Source: an uncultured virus (IMG/VR IMGVR_UViG_3300048691_000212) (lineage: Duplodnaviria; Heunggongvirae; Uroviricota; Caudoviricetes). From it: a stretch of 20,000 nucleotides of DNA. This document shows, in pieces, positions 16,454 through 20,000 of this stretch (position 1 is the stretch's first letter; the number at the start of each line of letters is the position of its first letter). The stretch is taken from IMG/VR virus record IMGVR_UViG_3300048691_000212. One strand, given 5' to 3'. Position numbers and translations under genes: made by a program. The notes under the pieces are model-generated. The model saw only the letters and a program-made list of their open reading frames with translations. It searched no databases and was not told the DNA's origin.

Positions 16454-17938
16454 ATGACTGAAAAAGAAGGCAATATTCCTGAGGCAGAAGAACAAGTTAT
16501 TAACACTCCTGTTCCGTCAGCTAAACCAGTTGAAGAAAAAGAAATTATCACTACAAAAGAAGTAAATAATTTCCACCAAACTGCTGCTGTATTTGAAGAA
16601 ACAACTTGGGACAAAAGTGCTGAAATTGTTGATCTTCCTTCTGCTGTTAGTTCTAAGATTGCGGAAGCAATTACAACAGCGCCTAATCAAAAGTATTCAC
16701 CTGCTTGGGTTGAAGCTTTGCAAAACGGTGTCGAGAACGGTCTAGCACAAGATAGTCTAGATGGTGCTGTTACAAAAGAAAACACACGGTATACCCAGGG
16801 AATTGAATCTTTGTCCGGAGTACTGCGCGGTATTGAGCCACGTTTTAATGAGAAATCTAACCAAATTCTTACTGGTGACTCGGCTCTTCTTCGTGCTCTA
16901 AGTCACCTCGGTCTAGGTACCTTGTTTCAAATTCCTTTGTGGCATACTGGTATTTGGTTGACTGTTCGGGCGCCTAGTGAATCACAACTGCTAGAATTAC
17001 AACGACAGTTGATTGCTGATAAAATTACTTTTGGTAGACAGACTTATGGTCTTATTTTCTCAAATACGACCGCTTACACAGTTGACCGGTTAGTTAATTT
17101 TGTTATACAGAACATTCATAGCACAACACTCAAAGATGGTGGTGATTTGAGGGAGATTATCTCTTCACATGATATCCCTTCACTTATTTGGGGTTTGACT
17201 TGTGCTATTTACCCACGAGGCTTTCAATACCGACGTGGGTGCTCCACTGATCCCGCAAAGTGTAATCACATCATTGAAGAACGTCTTAATTTGACAAAAA
17301 TTCAATGGACCAATACACAGTCGTTAACAGCAAGTCAAGTAGAGCATATGACTAACCGTCGTATTGCCTCCATGACAAAAGACAGTGTTCTTAACTACCA
17401 AAAAGAACTGCTTGATTGCCAGACACGCAAGGTAACCATTAATAAAGACCAAAAAGATGCAACAGATTTGACCCTACGTATTCCAAGTATTGCTGAATAT
17501 GTTGACGCGGGACATCGTTGGATTAGCGACATTGTTTCAATGGTTAATAAAACTATTGGAATGGATGCCGATGATAACGAGCGTAATGAATACATCTTTA
17601 ATCAGGGTCAGTCCACCTCTCTTCGTCAATATAGTCACTGGATCTCTAGCATTATTCTAGGTGATAACAACATCATTGAGTCTAAGGAAGATGTAGAAAA
17701 TATTCTTGGTCATTTGAGTGCAGATGATAATTTCCGTAATGGTGTTATGGAGAAAATCAAGGAATACATCAGCACCACTGTTGTTAGTTTGGTCGGTATT
17801 CCTACTTACGACTGTCCTGCCTGCGGTAAGGAACAAAAATCCCCTCTACCTAAACATACGTCTGTTATTCCTCTTGATGTGATTCAGGTTTTTTTTACCC
17901 TTCTCATGCAGAAAAACCAGCGAATGAAAATTCGTTAA
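16454..17938 (+). CDS. Conserved jumbo-phage protein; candidate tail/baseplate assembly chaperone with Cys motifs
   Basis: 494 aa; CSTDPAKC and CPAC; ends shortly after QVFF on a T8 slippery run. Confidence 0.7.
   Translation: MTEKEGNIPEAEEQVINTPVPSAKPVEEKEIITTKEVNNFHQTAAVFEETTWDKSAEIVDLPSAVSSKIAEAITTAPNQKYSPAWVEALQNGVENGLAQDSLDGAVTKENTRYTQGIESLSGVLRGIEPRFNEKSNQILTGDSALLRALSHLGLGTLFQIPLWHTGIWLTVRAPSESQLLELQRQLIADKITFGRQTYGLIFSNTTAYTVDRLVNFVIQNIHSTTLKDGGDLREIISSHDIPSLIWGLTCAIYPRGFQYRRGCSTDPAKCNHIIEERLNLTKIQWTNTQSLTASQVEHMTNRRIASMTKDSVLNYQKELLDCQTRKVTINKDQKDATDLTLRIPSIAEYVDAGHRWISDIVSMVNKTIGMDADDNERNEYIFNQGQSTSLRQYSHWISSIILGDNNIIESKEDVENILGHLSADDNFRNGVMEKIKEYISTTVVSLVGIPTYDCPACGKEQKSPLPKHTSVIPLDVIQVFFTLLMQKNQRMKIR
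17890..17896 (+). other. Candidate -1 ribosomal frameshift heptamer T-TTT-TTT
   Basis: Codons GTT TTT TTT ACC in the 494-aa frame; -1 frame is open from 17878 to the stop at 18343-18345. Confidence 0.6.
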
Positions 17939-18345
17939 ATTCTAAACACATTAACGATATTGATTTCTTTGATGGTTTTGATACCGCTTTGTTTATTTCT
18001 AGGTTAATAGAACTAGCCCCAAAGCTTGGAGAACTAGAAGCTAATATGTTGTTATACGACATGTATGAAAATGAAGCAGGTATCTTTAACCACAGAACGC
18101 GAGAGAAAGATAGACCACTATCTTCTATTGCTCTGCATGAGCCTGAAGATAATACTTCTACCAGTAGACTATATGCCATGATTGAAGCATATAGAGGAAA
18201 AGGTATTAAAGATTTATTTGGTTTAAATTTAATAGAGTTTCTAAATCTCCCTACTGAGTACTGCACTTTTTTAATGGAAGTAGCTACCAGAGAAGGAAAT
18301 AGAAACAATAAAATATTAAACGAGTTAAATTCAATAGGCAAATAA
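17896..18345 (+). CDS. Downstream ORF (track 17989..18345), probably made as the C-terminal part of a frameshift fusion
   Basis: Track start is a TTG without a clear RBS; the frame extends upstream without a stop or ATG to the slippery site. Confidence 0.65.
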   Translation, partial: YPSHAEKPANENSLNSKHINDIDFFDGFDTALFISRLIELAPKLGELEANMLLYDMYENEAGIFNHRTREKDRPLSSIALHEPEDNTSTSRLYAMIEAYRGKGIKDLFGLNLIEFLNLPTEYCTFLMEVATREGNRNNKILNELNSIGK

Positions 18346-18354
18346 AAATCAGTT

Positions 18355-18407
18355 TCATATTACCCCACCTACTAAGCATCATTAGCTTAGTAGGTGGGGT
18401 AATATGA
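18355..18407. terminator. 23-bp perfect inverted repeat between convergent genes
   Basis: TCATATTACCCCACCTACTAAGC-atcatta-GCTTAGTAGGTGGGGTAATATGA. Confidence 0.85.
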
Positions 18408-18409
18408 TT

Positions 18410-19966
18410 TTAAACAAGCTCAGAGGCGTTACAAATTCGAAGAGTTGCTGCCCTTTGTTCTAACAACGTGGTCTTTTGTAAATGATAGTCCATTTGTTTA
18501 GGAATATCTCTACATGCTAAATAAATAAACTCTACTCTAGTATCGGTAATCTCTCTTAATCTACCTAGAACTTGGATATTAGCCTGAATAGATTGGACTG
18601 AGGGTGTCAAAATAACAGTTGTGAGGTTAGGGATATCGTGAGCGGTACCGGCATTTTGTAAAGTGCTAATTGTGATGTCGGCTTCAAGAAGATCTTTAAG
18701 ATCATCGCCACCAATAAACTTACGAATATCAAACTGAGAATAATTACTCTTTAGGCACTTAACAAAGGAATCTACCATATCTAAGCTAGCAAAGAACACT
18801 ATCATTCTTTGTCCTTTTTTATAATTTAATATATAGCTTGCTTTAATAGTATTCAGTATTAGACTAAAATAGCTTTTAGTAAAATCATGACTCTTAAGAA
18901 TAGATCTCTCAAAAGCATTATGAGAATACGTAGGTGAATCTCTTTCAGTTGTATTAAAATAGCGCTTTGTCTGCATACTGTAAATAACAGCTTTGGCGTG
19001 CGCATATCTTTTTAAAGGCTGACCTGAATATCTATCTGTTAATGGATAGGCTATCTTATACATTCTTTCTAAGAATGGATCGTTATTCAGCAGGGTGGCT
19101 GATAACGAGACAGACTTAGGTACATTAGTGTACATGTCTATCTTGTAATTCAGATGGAAGTCTTGGTGCACTTCGTCAATTAATCTAGCACCAGCTCCTA
19201 CAGTTTCAAAGAAGTCCTCTGGCAAACAACCATAACCCATTGCCAAAATTTCGTGTTTAAACTCTTCATATTCTTTTAAATAATTTTGAAAAGTTCTATT
19301 ACCAATAACAATAAAGGGAAATGCTACTTTATCTTCAACGCCGAGTTGAATTAATTGTTTTAACTGAGTAGACCCTTGAATGGTTACTATTTCTTTTTTC
19401 TTAACATCGGTCATCTTAAGAAAATCAGATACCCACTTATCAATGTACCCTGCTTTAACTATAACAACTACTCTTTTGCCGTTGTTAACTAGAGCATATG
19501 TACCACACATGGACTTACCCTGCCCTGTTTGAAGCTCTACAAACTTAGATACTACATTGTTAAAGTCTTCAATATATTGAATAACCGGCACCTGATAATC
19601 TTTAGGTACCCATTCAACTTTCATTTTAATATCAATATCCTTACCTGGTAAAAGCTCTTTTACAGAGATAGACATAAGGTCTTCTTTGTAATTATGCATA
19701 GCCATGTATTCGATAAAATCTTTGTATTGGTTTATATGGAATCGAAACTCTGATCTATCCATAGTAGCTGCACCAAATACTTTTACTGCTGCTTTTACAT
19801 ACTTACCGTGCGGTAATCTCACCATCCCGTATTGTACGTTTTGTTTACCGAAACCAAATATTAAATCTTTTACTCTATTATTAATTCTAGTAATAGTAAA
19901 GTTATGTGTTGCTAAAGTTATGTTAAAAATTGGTTGTGGTTGTACTTGATAATTATTTTCATTCAT
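18410..19966 (-). CDS. Superfamily 2 DExH helicase (UvsW/Rad25-like; phiKZ gp75-like)
   Basis: Walker A LQTGQGKS, motif II LIDEVH, III SAT, V AGTAHDIPNL, VI QVLGRLR. Confidence 0.9.
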   Translation of the reverse strand: MNENNYQVQPQPIFNITLATHNFTITRINNRVKDLIFGFGKQNVQYGMVRLPHGKYVKAAVKVFGAATMDRSEFRFHINQYKDFIEYMAMHNYKEDLMSISVKELLPGKDIDIKMKVEWVPKDYQVPVIQYIEDFNNVVSKFVELQTGQGKSMCGTYALVNNGKRVVVIVKAGYIDKWVSDFLKMTDVKKKEIVTIQGSTQLKQLIQLGVEDKVAFPFIVIGNRTFQNYLKEYEEFKHEILAMGYGCLPEDFFETVGAGARLIDEVHQDFHLNYKIDMYTNVPKSVSLSATLLNNDPFLERMYKIAYPLTDRYSGQPLKRYAHAKAVIYSMQTKRYFNTTERDSPTYSHNAFERSILKSHDFTKSYFSLILNTIKASYILNYKKGQRMIVFFASLDMVDSFVKCLKSNYSQFDIRKFIGGDDLKDLLEADITISTLQNAGTAHDIPNLTTVILTPSVQSIQANIQVLGRLREITDTRVEFIYLACRDIPKQMDYHLQKTTLLEQRAATLRICNASELV

Positions 19967-20000
19967 AATCTTTAGTTATTGCTTACTATGGGGTGTAACC

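Noticed and set aside
5370..18407. Hairpins as a CRISPR array or as transposon ends
   Set aside because: They are dispersed, differ in sequence, have no regular spacers, and no cas, transposase or target-site duplication is visible.
589..19949. Antisense or overlapping short ORFs in the track (e.g. 589..879, 2139..2387, 3138..3494, 4916..5128, 5514..5795, 5660..5950, 7253..7486, 8731..9060, 9309..9536, 10173..10427, 11111..11323, 13760..14044, 15860..16123, 16423..16614, 17395..17595, 17904..18341, 19704..19949)
   Set aside because: They lie within or opposite better-supported genes, mostly lack an RBS, and have the composition typical of shadow frames.
1..20000. tRNA, rRNA, introns, inteins or stop-codon reassignment
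   Set aside because: No intergenic space with cloverleaf features, no interrupted core genes, and long ORFs read normally with the standard code.

Overview
AT-rich segment of a phiKZ-like (probably nucleus-forming, Chimalliviridae-type) jumbo phage. Two core blocks flank an accessory island. Left core (1-5351): three minus-strand probable virion genes, one with an HExxH metalloprotease motif, then a split family-B DNA polymerase subunit (3'-5' exonuclease plus motif A only) translationally coupled to a minimal ATP-dependent DNA ligase. Right core (11854-19966): modular muramidase endolysin, a beta'-like subunit of a multisubunit phage RNA polymerase, several conserved hypothetical/virion genes and an SF2 helicase. 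The island (5421-11710) holds about 12 small minus-strand genes, apparently driven by two copies of a candidate early promoter, and long perfect hairpins punctuate the window. Best leads: (1) a Csx20-like candidate cyclic-oligoadenylate ring nuclease (possible anti-type III CRISPR) at 10930-11334; (2) a candidate programmed -1 frameshift at T-TTT-TTT (17890-17896) fusing the 494-aa ORF to the next ORF, like tail assembly chaperones; (3) a repeated promoter motif CAC-W-TAT-N8-TGAGA; (4) a family of 13-23 bp perfect inverted repeats. Family assignments come from motif recognition and recalled phiKZ gene order, not from database searches.
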